IMG/VR virus record: IMGVR_UViG_3300038505_000007 | Location: 1 to 45,945 of that record | DNA length: 45,945 bases | Source of the DNA: a virus | Reading direction: 5' to 3' (one strand) | Shown: positions 37,995 to 45,786 of the stretch, in pieces | How the letters are laid out: each line of letters opens with the position of its first letter | Numbering within the stretch: the first letter of the stretch is position 1 | Made by a program: the position numbers and the translations under genes | The notes under the pieces: generated by a model | The model's database searches: none | Told to the model about the DNA's origin: nothing | Seen by the model: only the letters and a program-made list of their open reading frames with translations

Positions 37995-38204
37995 ATGAGC
38001 GCAGCAGAGAAGAAAGTAGAGTTAAGAGGCAGCAGGAGCATCAAGATCAATAACTGCAAGCACGTGAGCGAGGTCCTTGAGAGGTCGCCCTACTTCGACA
38101 TCAAGAGTAAGTTCTACACCTTCAAGGGACTGACCCTGCTCATCAAGGACAAGGTCACCGGCTTCGAGTACTCCGTGGAGATCAACGTAGTCGAGAGCGA
38201 GTGA
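37995..38204 (+). CDS. Small hypothetical protein, family A (69 aa)
   Basis: AGGAGGT SD; ends IKDKVTGFEYSVEINV. Confidence 0.8.
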   Translation: MSAAEKKVELRGSRSIKINNCKHVSEVLERSPYFDIKSKFYTFKGLTLLIKDKVTGFEYSVEINVVESE

Positions 38205-38294
38205 CTGTTCCTGAACATAGGATACGACGGGGATAAAAAACAATATAAATAAAAACAACAGCAACAATAACAATAAATAATAAGGGAGGTATTT

Positions 38295-38765
38295 ATGTTA
38301 AACCAAAAAGAAGCAGTATACGCAGCGATCTTGAGTGTTAAGGGCACCATCGATGGTCGAGTCACCTTGAGCGACGGCGAGCACCAGCGAGTCGTGTCGA
38401 TGCTGGTCGACGGGTTCAAGAGCGGCCAGATCAAGCTAGGACGGTCGTACACTGACGCGGAGTTGAGGAAGTACACAGTGGGGTTAGTGAACAACTGGTT
38501 GAGGAAGGATACTCGGCTGAACGGTGGTGAGAAGTATATGGCGAAGAATCCCGGGTCTCGAATGGGTGTGGGTGATGAGCAGCTGAAGGCTTTGAAAGCT
38601 CTGAGAGCGATCCTCTCTAATCCTCAAGAGATCGCTGAGATCGACAGCTACATCGAGAAGCGAATGCAGGAGCTCGCAGCAGAGCGAGCTAAGAAGTCGA
38701 TCAGCGAGATCAACTTTAACGTGCTGCCTGATGAGCTGAGAGCAAAGATCGCTAGCAAGTCGTAG
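38295..38765 (+). CDS. Hypothetical protein, duplicated gene copy 1 (156 aa)
   Basis: AAGGGAGGT SD; close paralogue at 40805-41272. Confidence 0.9.
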   Translation: MLNQKEAVYAAILSVKGTIDGRVTLSDGEHQRVVSMLVDGFKSGQIKLGRSYTDAELRKYTVGLVNNWLRKDTRLNGGEKYMAKNPGSRMGVGDEQLKALKALRAILSNPQEIAEIDSYIEKRMQELAAERAKKSISEINFNVLPDELRAKIASKS

Positions 38766-38830
38766 CGTTGAGTTAGATCTCCCAACTCGGCCGAGCGACA
38801 TGCTCGGCTCGAGCTGAGTTGTGTTGTTGA

Positions 38831-38870
38831 GGTGGGTGAGAGCGTCGCGCTCTCGCCTGCCGCTTTTTAT
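38831..38870 (+). terminator. Intrinsic terminator
   Basis: GGTGGGTGAGAGCG-TCG-CGCTCTCGCCTGCC then GCTTTTTAT. Confidence 0.75.
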
Positions 38871-38884
38871 GAGGCCGCTGCCTC

Positions 38885-38921
38885 TTGACACTGCTACGCT
38901 CCCGCTCCACCATCCTGAAAC
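38885..38921 (+). repeat. Intergenic motif copy (TTGACACTGCTACGCTC...TCCTGAAAC)
   Basis: Related copies at 40009, 40700 and 42298. Confidence 0.7.
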
Positions 38922-39142
38922 AACTTGTTAAATATAAAATAAAAATAAATTATTATTTATTATAAAAATAAATAATAAATATATATAAAAATAAATATAT
39001 AGACTTATAAATTATACTCACATGGGGATGAACTCCCCTGCAGTCTAAGAGCGTCCGCATGGACACAGAGAGACACCCGCAGACGCGAGCACAGACACGG
39101 GTACGAGACAACAACAACCACAACACACGTAGGGAGGTAAGT

Positions 39143-39592
39143 ATGAACACAAACACAAATACAAACACAAACGTATACGCTAAGTACACTACTGCTCAAG
39201 AGAGAGACACGCACTTCAGGATCGTTCCCTCAAGGGATGCAAACTTGCTAGCCTACGAGCTCTTGAGCGAGCGAGCTGACATAATCGAGTCCCTGAGATC
39301 TACAGCGTCCACTAACTCCTGCATAGTCGTTAACAGTGTGAGCCTGTTCGAGCAAGAAGTCATATTCATCGCCCACAACAAGGACGACGTGCTGACAGCG
39401 GTTGAGTCGATATCTGGCTTCGCTGACCCCTCTAAGTTCTCACTGCGCTTCTCTACAGTGGGCATGACTGATCTTCCCGGCTCCAAGATATACCTCGTGG
39501 AGATGACTCACCCTGAGATGACAAAACCTGCGTACGTCGTGGCTCACTGCGACACGGACCTCAATACCCTCATCATGAAGATGCTGGGTTGA
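39143..39592 (+). CDS. Hypothetical protein (149 aa) with N-terminal Asn-Thr microrepeat
   Basis: A/C-rich leader + AGGGAGGT before ATG 39143. Confidence 0.8.
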   Translation: MNTNTNTNTNVYAKYTTAQERDTHFRIVPSRDANLLAYELLSERADIIESLRSTASTNSCIVVNSVSLFEQEVIFIAHNKDDVLTAVESISGFADPSKFSLRFSTVGMTDLPGSKIYLVEMTHPEMTKPAYVVAHCDTDLNTLIMKMLG

Positions 39593-39693
39593 GTGTAGGG
39601 GCTAGACATCGCCGCCGCCCGCAGTCGCGGGCGGCTCTGCTCTGTGAAACTTGAGGCACACTGTCCTAGTGTTCTAGGTATAATACCTAGTGG

Positions 39694-40008
39694 ATGATCT
39701 CTAAGATTAAGAAGTTGTTTCGCGGCAGGGGCTCTCAGGAAGAGCTGCATGCGAGTGTCGCAGTGACTGTAAGGAAGTCAAGCTCCCTGCCGCACCTATT
39801 CTACGTAGAGATGAGAGTCCCAGTCGACGCAGACCCGATCACTGTCCTAAACGTCCATCACGTACCTCACATAGTGAGTAGATCGACGACTGTGCCGCCA
39901 GATGTCGTGTACAGAGTCGCTTACAGCATGCTAGAGAGCCTCATAACAGACACGACCTTCATAGTGAGGAGGTCGAGTGAGAGAGTCCTGCTAGTCCGTC
40001 AGTCTTGA
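39694..40008 (+). CDS. Hypothetical protein (104 aa), possibly leaderless
   Basis: TATAAT at 39679-39684, ATG 9 nt later, no clear SD. Confidence 0.7.
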   Translation: MISKIKKLFRGRGSQEELHASVAVTVRKSSSLPHLFYVEMRVPVDADPITVLNVHHVPHIVSRSTTVPPDVVYRVAYSMLESLITDTTFIVRRSSERVLLVRQS

Positions 40009-40040
40009 CTGACACCGCTACGCCCGCTGTATCCCGACAC
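40009..40040 (+). repeat. Intergenic motif copy (CTGACACCGCTACGCCCGC...TCCCGACAC)
   Basis: Begins immediately after the stop codon at 40008. Confidence 0.7.
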
Positions 40041-40204
40041 TATCACATACAACATGTCTCTGCGATACCCACCCATGTTTGGGTATGAGTCTAGGAGAGT
40101 CGGCTACGTGTAACGCAGTCAAGCGGCTAGTCGACCAATCGACTCACAAGTTCAGACACGCTCTTTCCTGAACACATAAACACACACATAGAAGGAGGTA
40201 TGAG

Positions 40205-40405
40205 ATGAGAGTATTCATGAGGCTCGTCAAGGGCAAGAGGTACTACGTCATGGAGCTCAAGGGAGAGACTCTATACTTCGTGAGCAGAGAGGCTCTGCTC
40301 GTGACCTTCAAGAAGAAAATGAGGCTCAACGAGGTCACGATCAACACGATAATGAGCCACCTAGACAGCAGAGGCTTGTTCGACGTGAAGAAGCTCGCAG
40401 GCTAA
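40205..40405 (+). CDS. Small basic hypothetical protein (66 aa)
   Basis: AAGGAGGT SD. Confidence 0.8.
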   Translation: MRVFMRLVKGKRYYVMELKGETLYFVSREALLVTFKKKMRLNEVTINTIMSHLDSRGLFDVKKLAG

Positions 40406-40432
40406 CCAACAACCACTAACAAGGGAGACAAC

Positions 40433-40624
40433 ATGAGAGTACTTAGCGTCGTTTACTGCATAGACGTCGTCGCAGACGAGTCAGACACGCTCGACTCGCT
40501 GCTATCTAGGGCCGACGAGATACTGTCGACATCTAGCGTAAAGCCATGCGTGTACACAGAAGAAGGCGAGGAGATAAGCTCGACTGAGGATCTGAGAGAG
40601 TACTTGCTAGACGAAAAGCGCTAG
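40433..40624 (+). CDS. Small acidic hypothetical protein (63 aa)
   Basis: ACAAGGGAG SD. Confidence 0.75.
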   Translation: MRVLSVVYCIDVVADESDTLDSLLSRADEILSTSSVKPCVYTEEGEEISSTEDLREYLLDEKR

Positions 40625-40668
40625 TATAACAGGTACAAGTGATCTCGCGCGGGGAGGCGAGTAGAGGC

Positions 40669-40733
40669 GTAGGGAGTTCTTGAATCTCAAGGCTCCCTAC
40701 TGACACCGTACGCCCGCCGACTTTTCCTGAAAC
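40669..40733 (+). repeat. Hairpin + intergenic motif copy (CTGACACCGTACGCCCGC...TCCTGAAAC)
   Basis: Stem GTAGGGAG..CTTGA/TCAAGG..CTCCCTAC at 40669-40700 is directly followed by the motif. Confidence 0.7.
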
Positions 40734-40804
40734 TAGTTATAAAATGTCACGACATAAAGGTGTGTCGTGACAGTAAACAACAACAACCAAACAAGGGAGG
40801 CAAT

Positions 40805-41272
40805 ATGTTAAACCAAAAAGAAGCAGTATACGCAGCGATCCTAAGCGTCAAGGGGAGCATCGACGGTCGAGTCACTCTCTCCAAAGAGGAGACAAATCAA
40901 GTGGTGTCGATGTTGGTCGACGGCTTTAAGTCAGGTAAGATATCCCTCAACAAGTCATACACGGATGCAGAGCTGCGTAAGTACACAGTGGGGTTAGTGA
41001 ACAACTGGTTGAGAAAGGATAATCGGTTGAACGGTGGCGAGAAGTATGTGGCGAAGAACCCAGGTTCAAGGACCGGAAGCGGCGATGAGCAGTTGAAGGC
41101 TCTCAAGGCTCTAAGGTCGATGCTCACAGACCCAGCGGAGATAGCAGAGGTAGACAGTTACATCGAGCGACGAACTCAAGAGATTGTAGCGGAGAGAGTC
41201 AAGAAGAGTATAGAGAAGATCAACCCACAAGCTCTGCCTGAGAGTCTGCACCACCTGCTATCTAATAAGTAG
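40805..41272 (+). CDS. Hypothetical protein, duplicated gene copy 2 (155 aa)
   Basis: AAGGGAGG SD before ATG 40805; paralogue of 38295-38765. Confidence 0.9.
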   Translation: MLNQKEAVYAAILSVKGSIDGRVTLSKEETNQVVSMLVDGFKSGKISLNKSYTDAELRKYTVGLVNNWLRKDNRLNGGEKYVAKNPGSRTGSGDEQLKALKALRSMLTDPAEIAEVDSYIERRTQEIVAERVKKSIEKINPQALPESLHHLLSNK

Positions 41273-41327
41273 AGTCTATCAAGCAGGCGACCGCGATAGC
41301 GTGGTCGCCTAGCGAGTGTGTTGTGGA

Positions 41328-41365
41328 TGCGGGGACTGTCGAGAGATAGACCTCGCAGTTTTTAT
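41328..41365 (+). terminator. Intrinsic terminator
   Basis: TGCGGGG..CTGTC-GAGA-GATAG..CCTCGCA then GTTTTTAT. Confidence 0.65.
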
Positions 41366-41391
41366 GAGACCAATAGTTTATAGGAGGAAAC

Positions 41392-42165
41392 ATGTCCGGA
41401 GTACCCCCAAGACACTTATACGTAGACTCGGCTATCGTCGCGGTCGACGGGTCAAGAACTGCCATTACTCCGAGACTCTCAGGTCCCAGTGAGAGCTCGG
41501 ACAGACTCTACGTGGACATGTCTTTATCTAGTGAAGGCGAGCTGCAGATCGTCACAGACAGGAAGCAAGAGAGTAAGATACCGCCCAACAAGTTGATGAT
41601 AGAGGGTTTAATGAGTCAGAGAGTCGTCGTGCGGAACGTGGGCGACGTGCTAGCTATGTCTGATGAAATCCCCACCCCGCTCGTGGTGAGCAGGGTCAAC
41701 ATTCCCAACCAGCACACCATATGCGCTCTAAGTAGAGTAAGTAGAAAAGAGCTCAACTCCGCTGTAGTGGACTTCTTGACCTCTAGCCACTTCTTGAACG
41801 CTCTAAGCAAGGAGCTGTCACGCCTGAGGATGATAATGTACGGGAGATACTGCGGATCGTCGAGCAGCACAGAGACGAACGTCGGGATCAGCTTCGAGAT
41901 ACACGACCTACTCCTGGAGGGAGGAAAGCTCATCAGCTCCTATGACAGGGAGCTATCAGTACTAACCATGAAGGTCGAGCTAGAGATTAGCGTGCAGGTC
42001 GAGTCTAACTACATCGACCGCTACGTCGTCTCTCCTGGGAGCTTCTTGTCCGCGTCTCTAGAGCTAGAGCTGCTGCAGAACATGAGGTACTCTCCGATAG
42101 ATACGCAGGAGATGTACAGGGACTACGTGGACTACTCGACCATGAGGACTATAAGACAAGCCTGA
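41392..42165 (+). CDS. Hypothetical protein, family B (257 aa)
   Basis: AGGAGG SD; weak similarity to the 42593 and 43825 genes. Confidence 0.8.
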   Translation: MSGVPPRHLYVDSAIVAVDGSRTAITPRLSGPSESSDRLYVDMSLSSEGELQIVTDRKQESKIPPNKLMIEGLMSQRVVVRNVGDVLAMSDEIPTPLVVSRVNIPNQHTICALSRVSRKELNSAVVDFLTSSHFLNALSKELSRLRMIMYGRYCGSSSSTETNVGISFEIHDLLLEGGKLISSYDRELSVLTMKVELEISVQVESNYIDRYVVSPGSFLSASLELELLQNMRYSPIDTQEMYRDYVDYSTMRTIRQA

Positions 42166-42267
42166 GCCATCTACATAGACTGATGGACTTAAGCTTACAA
42201 CGGTTGGTATAAATAATAAAATTGCAGGTGCCTAAAATAAGCTCACAGCAGCTGTACAGTGACTACG

Positions 42268-42316
42268 TTGCCTCCTCCAAAAGAAGGGGCAAGTAGGCTG
42301 ACACCGTTACGCTCAC
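42268..42316 (+). repeat. Hairpin + intergenic motif copy (CTGACACCGTTACGCTC)
   Basis: TTGCCTCCT...AGGGGCAA stem followed by the motif at 42298. Confidence 0.65.
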
Positions 42317-42376
42317 CGACTTAGCCACTCCTCAGCTAGAGACTCCTCTAGGTATAACCTCTTATAGAGGATCACT

Positions 42377-42583
42377 ATGTCAGTAATACAGTACGTATCT
42401 ATAACGACACCAGTCATCTTATACTCCACCATCGTAGCTCCTTTGTTCGTGGGCCATCTCCTGGCAAAGGCTATCTTACGCTCAGAAGAAGAAGTCGACG
42501 AAGCCGAGAAGCTAAGGATAGTGAGGGAGATGGAGGCAGTAGACAAGCTAGACGGTGTAGACTGCACGGAAGGTATCCCCTAG
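42377..42583 (+). CDS. Small single-pass membrane protein (68 aa)
   Basis: TATAAC upstream, GAGGA SD; hydrophobic N-terminal half and acidic C-terminal half. Confidence 0.65.
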   Translation: MSVIQYVSITTPVILYSTIVAPLFVGHLLAKAILRSEEEVDEAEKLRIVREMEAVDKLDGVDCTEGIP

Positions 42584-42592
42584 GAAACCACG

Positions 42593-43327
42593 ATGAGAGT
42601 CGAGTTCAGCTTATCTTACCCCCAGCTGCACAGCTCCATACCCGCTGTCCCCGACCTCTCCACTATCAGCTCTCTTCTCCTAGTGAGGCGAGGCGAGACC
42701 GTAGAGGACACTGTGCTCGACCTTAGACACCTCCCAGCTGACTCTAAGCTCGATCTAGAGACCTACTATCTAGACATCGGCACACTCGACTTAACAGTCG
42801 ACGTCTCGACTACCTCTCACTCAAGACAGCTATCGCTTCCCGTCCGCATCCTAGTCTCCACTGCCAAGCTCCCCAGTAATGACACTGCTTCGGACTTTCT
42901 CGACTGTACGCCAGAGCTACTCAACGCCTCTATAATTCGACTCCTCCGCTCCGAGTCCTACCTACCTAAGACACTCAAGCGCATCCAGTCCCTACTCAAC
43001 CACTCTATCAACGATCTACCTACTGCCGGCTACCAGCGCACGCTAGCCATAAACTGCTCCTACCTACTACCTAGAGGTATAGAGGTCAGAGACGGCTTGA
43101 TGTACATTACCGGCTCAAACGACTTAGAGCTCACTCTCGACGTCGAGCTTCCCGCGCGATGCCACTTCATGAACCCTGAGGCCTACTCGGTCAACTTAGA
43201 CGGATACTTAGCCGTGAAGCCCACTCTGAGATTAGCCGGAAGCAGGGGACGAGTAGACGCAGCGAGCGTGGTGAGGGCTTACAGGGACAGCGAGGCTATG
43301 CGGGCGATGTGGGACGGGAGTGAGTGA
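42593..43327 (+). CDS. Hypothetical protein, family B (244 aa)
   Basis: AGGA SD; C-terminus RVDAASVVRAYRDSEAMRAM. Confidence 0.75.
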   Translation: MRVEFSLSYPQLHSSIPAVPDLSTISSLLLVRRGETVEDTVLDLRHLPADSKLDLETYYLDIGTLDLTVDVSTTSHSRQLSLPVRILVSTAKLPSNDTASDFLDCTPELLNASIIRLLRSESYLPKTLKRIQSLLNHSINDLPTAGYQRTLAINCSYLLPRGIEVRDGLMYITGSNDLELTLDVELPARCHFMNPEAYSVNLDGYLAVKPTLRLAGSRGRVDAASVVRAYRDSEAMRAMWDGSE

Positions 43328-43510
43328 GAGTCAGCGTAGGCTAAACTCTCCCGTCTCCCCTGCTGCATCTACTTCTCCTAGCTAGCCTAGCTTCTCCACT
43401 CCTCTACTAAATACTCCACTTACATCTCTCCTGCTCCTACTGACAGGGACTATATATCTCATTTCGATACTAGAAATAAATACCCTTATTTAAAGGGTGG
43501 GGAGGCTAAT

Positions 43511-43771
43511 ATGCCAAACAACAACAAAAGCAACTTTAAAATTGCTTTTAAACTAAAAGAGAGCGTCATTGCGCCTCTAGTGAGAGAGGGCGTCAGTAAC
43601 GACTCTGAACTTAAGCACTTTCACACTTTTAGATTCTTTAAAATCAACTCTAGACTAGTGCTCAGTTCTGTCTGTGAGGACAGTGATGCGCTTAAGATAG
43701 GTGAAATATACGACCACGTTCAAAGGTTCGCTGACGCCGGCTCTGGACTCGTGAACTTAGAGATAAATTAG
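43511..43771 (+). CDS. Hypothetical protein (86 aa)
   Basis: GGGAGG SD. Confidence 0.75.
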   Translation: MPNNNKSNFKIAFKLKESVIAPLVREGVSNDSELKHFHTFRFFKINSRLVLSSVCEDSDALKIGEIYDHVQRFADAGSGLVNLEIN

Positions 43772-43824
43772 AGATAAAGTATAAGGCGCCGACTGCTAAG
43801 AAGTCTAGTAAGTTAGAGAAAAAA

Positions 43825-44418
43825 GTGAGACTCACCTTTCGGTTCTACTCAGAGATAAAAGACAGCTTGTGCGATAGGTTGTTTGGTATGAACTCAGTCG
43901 ACGTGTCCGCAGAAGTGCTTAAGTCCCTCTTCTCTAAAGAGTTTGAGGACATCTTAGTTAAGACGCTCGCAGGTCTCTCTAGAAAGACCTTAAGAAAGAT
44001 CAACTTCATTCAACATAAGTTAGAGTATAAACATAATAAGTACAACTCCTACGATACCTACGGCACTACCATCCCCAGCAAGTCAAAGGTCTTAGTTACA
44101 GATTACTCCTACAATACCTACGGCACTACCATCTACTACAACCGCAAGTTCGGTGGTCTTGACTTAGAGAACGGTCGACTCGTTGCTAAGCCTCCCCCTT
44201 CTGAGAACCCTATGTTAGAGTTAAACGTGTACGCTACCACGCACGTGGGGTACAGCGTTGAAAATGCTACGCAGCCGGTAATCGGCGTAGCCGACCAAAT
44301 CAACCTACACGTAGTCCTACGTGTCCGCAAGAACGCTCAGGAGCGGGTAGACACTACCGCTCTTGTGTCTAAGTACAACAACACGACTCTCATAGAGACC
44401 ATAGAGAAAGTAGAGTAA
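43825..44418 (+). CDS. Hypothetical protein, family B (~197 aa; start uncertain)
   Basis: C-terminus RVDTTALVSKYNNTTLIETI; internal SY(D/N)TYGTTI duplication. Confidence 0.7.
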   Translation: MRLTFRFYSEIKDSLCDRLFGMNSVDVSAEVLKSLFSKEFEDILVKTLAGLSRKTLRKINFIQHKLEYKHNKYNSYDTYGTTIPSKSKVLVTDYSYNTYGTTIYYNRKFGGLDLENGRLVAKPPPSENPMLELNVYATTHVGYSVENATQPVIGVADQINLHVVLRVRKNAQERVDTTALVSKYNNTTLIETIEKVE

Positions 44419-44842
44419 AATAAGTATAGAGGTGAGTACCATGCAGGCATGGGTTCGTGGGTATACATAGGAACAGGGGGAAGACACGTGTGCTGGGGAT
44501 AGGAGAGCAGAGCAGACACATAGGCTTCGGTGAACTGTGGTGCGGAAGTTCGCGTAGGATGATGTTGGTCGATATGGGTGCGTGTGGGGCGTGTGGGCGC
44601 GTGGCCCCCACCCTCCCCACCTGCCCACAACGAACACGTAGATACAACCACATAGACAAACCTACCCTCACAAAGAGCACCTATGTCCACATAGGCCAAC
44701 ACATACCCAATATGCCCACCTATACCCACATAAGCAGACATAGGCCTATACAGACACATATGCCCACATAGACCCGCATAGGAACACAGAAATGCCTGTT
44801 CCTACCTGTGTCTGCCTATACCTACACAGGAACACAAGCATA

Positions 44843-44941
44843 CCTATTCCTGTACTGCCTATTCCTGTACTGCCTATTCCTGTACTGCCTATTCCTGTAC
44901 TGCCTATTCCTGTACTGCCTATTCCTGTACTGCCTATTCCT
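44843..44941. repeat. Perfect 15-bp tandem repeat (CCTATTCCTGTACTG) x6 plus partial copy
   Basis: Units start at 44843, 44858, 44873, 44888, 44903 and 44918; partial copy at 44933. Confidence 0.97.
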
Positions 44942-45376
44942 ACCTAGGTCTACTTAGGTCTACCCCATACCCATAAGGGTATACCTATACCTATCTAACT
45001 ACCTATGTCTACTTATCCCTATGTAGAGGATACAGATATTCCTGTGTCTACCTCTACCTAGGTTTAGGTCTATACCTACTTATATTTAAGTTTAAGTTTA
45101 GGTTTAAGTATATGTCTACCTATACCCGCACAAGAACATACATACAGACGCATAGATAGACATACTCATGTCCCCGGGTTATACCTACCTACCTATTAGT
45201 GTATACATCTATCTTCTGCCTATTCCTCCTATTGTTATTCTTGTTGTTATTTGTTTCGTTTCGTTTTGTTTTGTTTTGTTTTGTTTATTCCTACCTACCC
45301 CATACACATGGGAGGGTTTACTTATCCTGATTATAATTATTTTTAATAACAAATAACAAAAGGAGGGGAGGTTTTT

Positions 45377-45746
45377 GTGATATGGGCTTATGTTCGAGTG
45401 AGGGACAATGATGATATGCGCGCTTTGACGGATTATAGATATGACTTTGAGGTAATAGGGGAGTGCTGGATAAAATTGAACGCTTGGGTTAAGTTTGACG
45501 CGCTGTGTGCCTATGCTACGAAAGGCAGCCGTTTTGCAAACGATCGAGAGACGACCAATTTTTTTAAAGCTATTGTTGTTATACTATGAGCCAATATCAC
45601 AAAATGAAATTTTTATCGATAACGCTGATTTGTACGGCCGCTTCGGGTTTTATGAAATTCTAGATGAAGAAAAAGCAGAAAAAGACGATCAAATGATTTT
45701 TAGTGCGCAGATAGGTAACGCTGAATATGCGCTAATCAAATTCTAA
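45377..45746 (+). pseudogene. Hypothetical gene (~122 aa) apparently split by a one-base excess in T7 (45559-45565)
   Basis: Strong SD + GTG 45377. Deleting one T joins the 70-aa ORF to the overlapping frame (..TTNFLKLLLLYYEPISQNEIF..ALIKF*), which has no start signal of its own. Confidence 0.5.
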
Positions 45747-45786
45747 AATCTAAGCATAGATAAAACAAACAACAAGGGAGGCAAAA

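Noticed and set aside
37342-38059. Overlapping ORFs 37342-37647, 37374-37736, 37387-37830, 37577-38059, 37669-37932
   Set aside because: They arise from GC-rich, stop-poor sequence, lack SDs, and conflict with the better-supported 37754 gene.
38885-38915. Canonical sigma70 promoter at TTGACA 38885
   Set aside because: The hexamer 17 bp downstream is CACCAT, a poor -10; reported instead as part of the repeated motif.
44843-44941. CRISPR array
   Set aside because: The 15-bp units are contiguous with no spacers, and there are no cas genes.
44317-45356. ORFs 44317-44637, 44337-44759, 44390-44680, 44457-44771, 45168-45356
   Set aside because: These are low-complexity translations in several frames of a skewed repeat region, with no convincing start signals.
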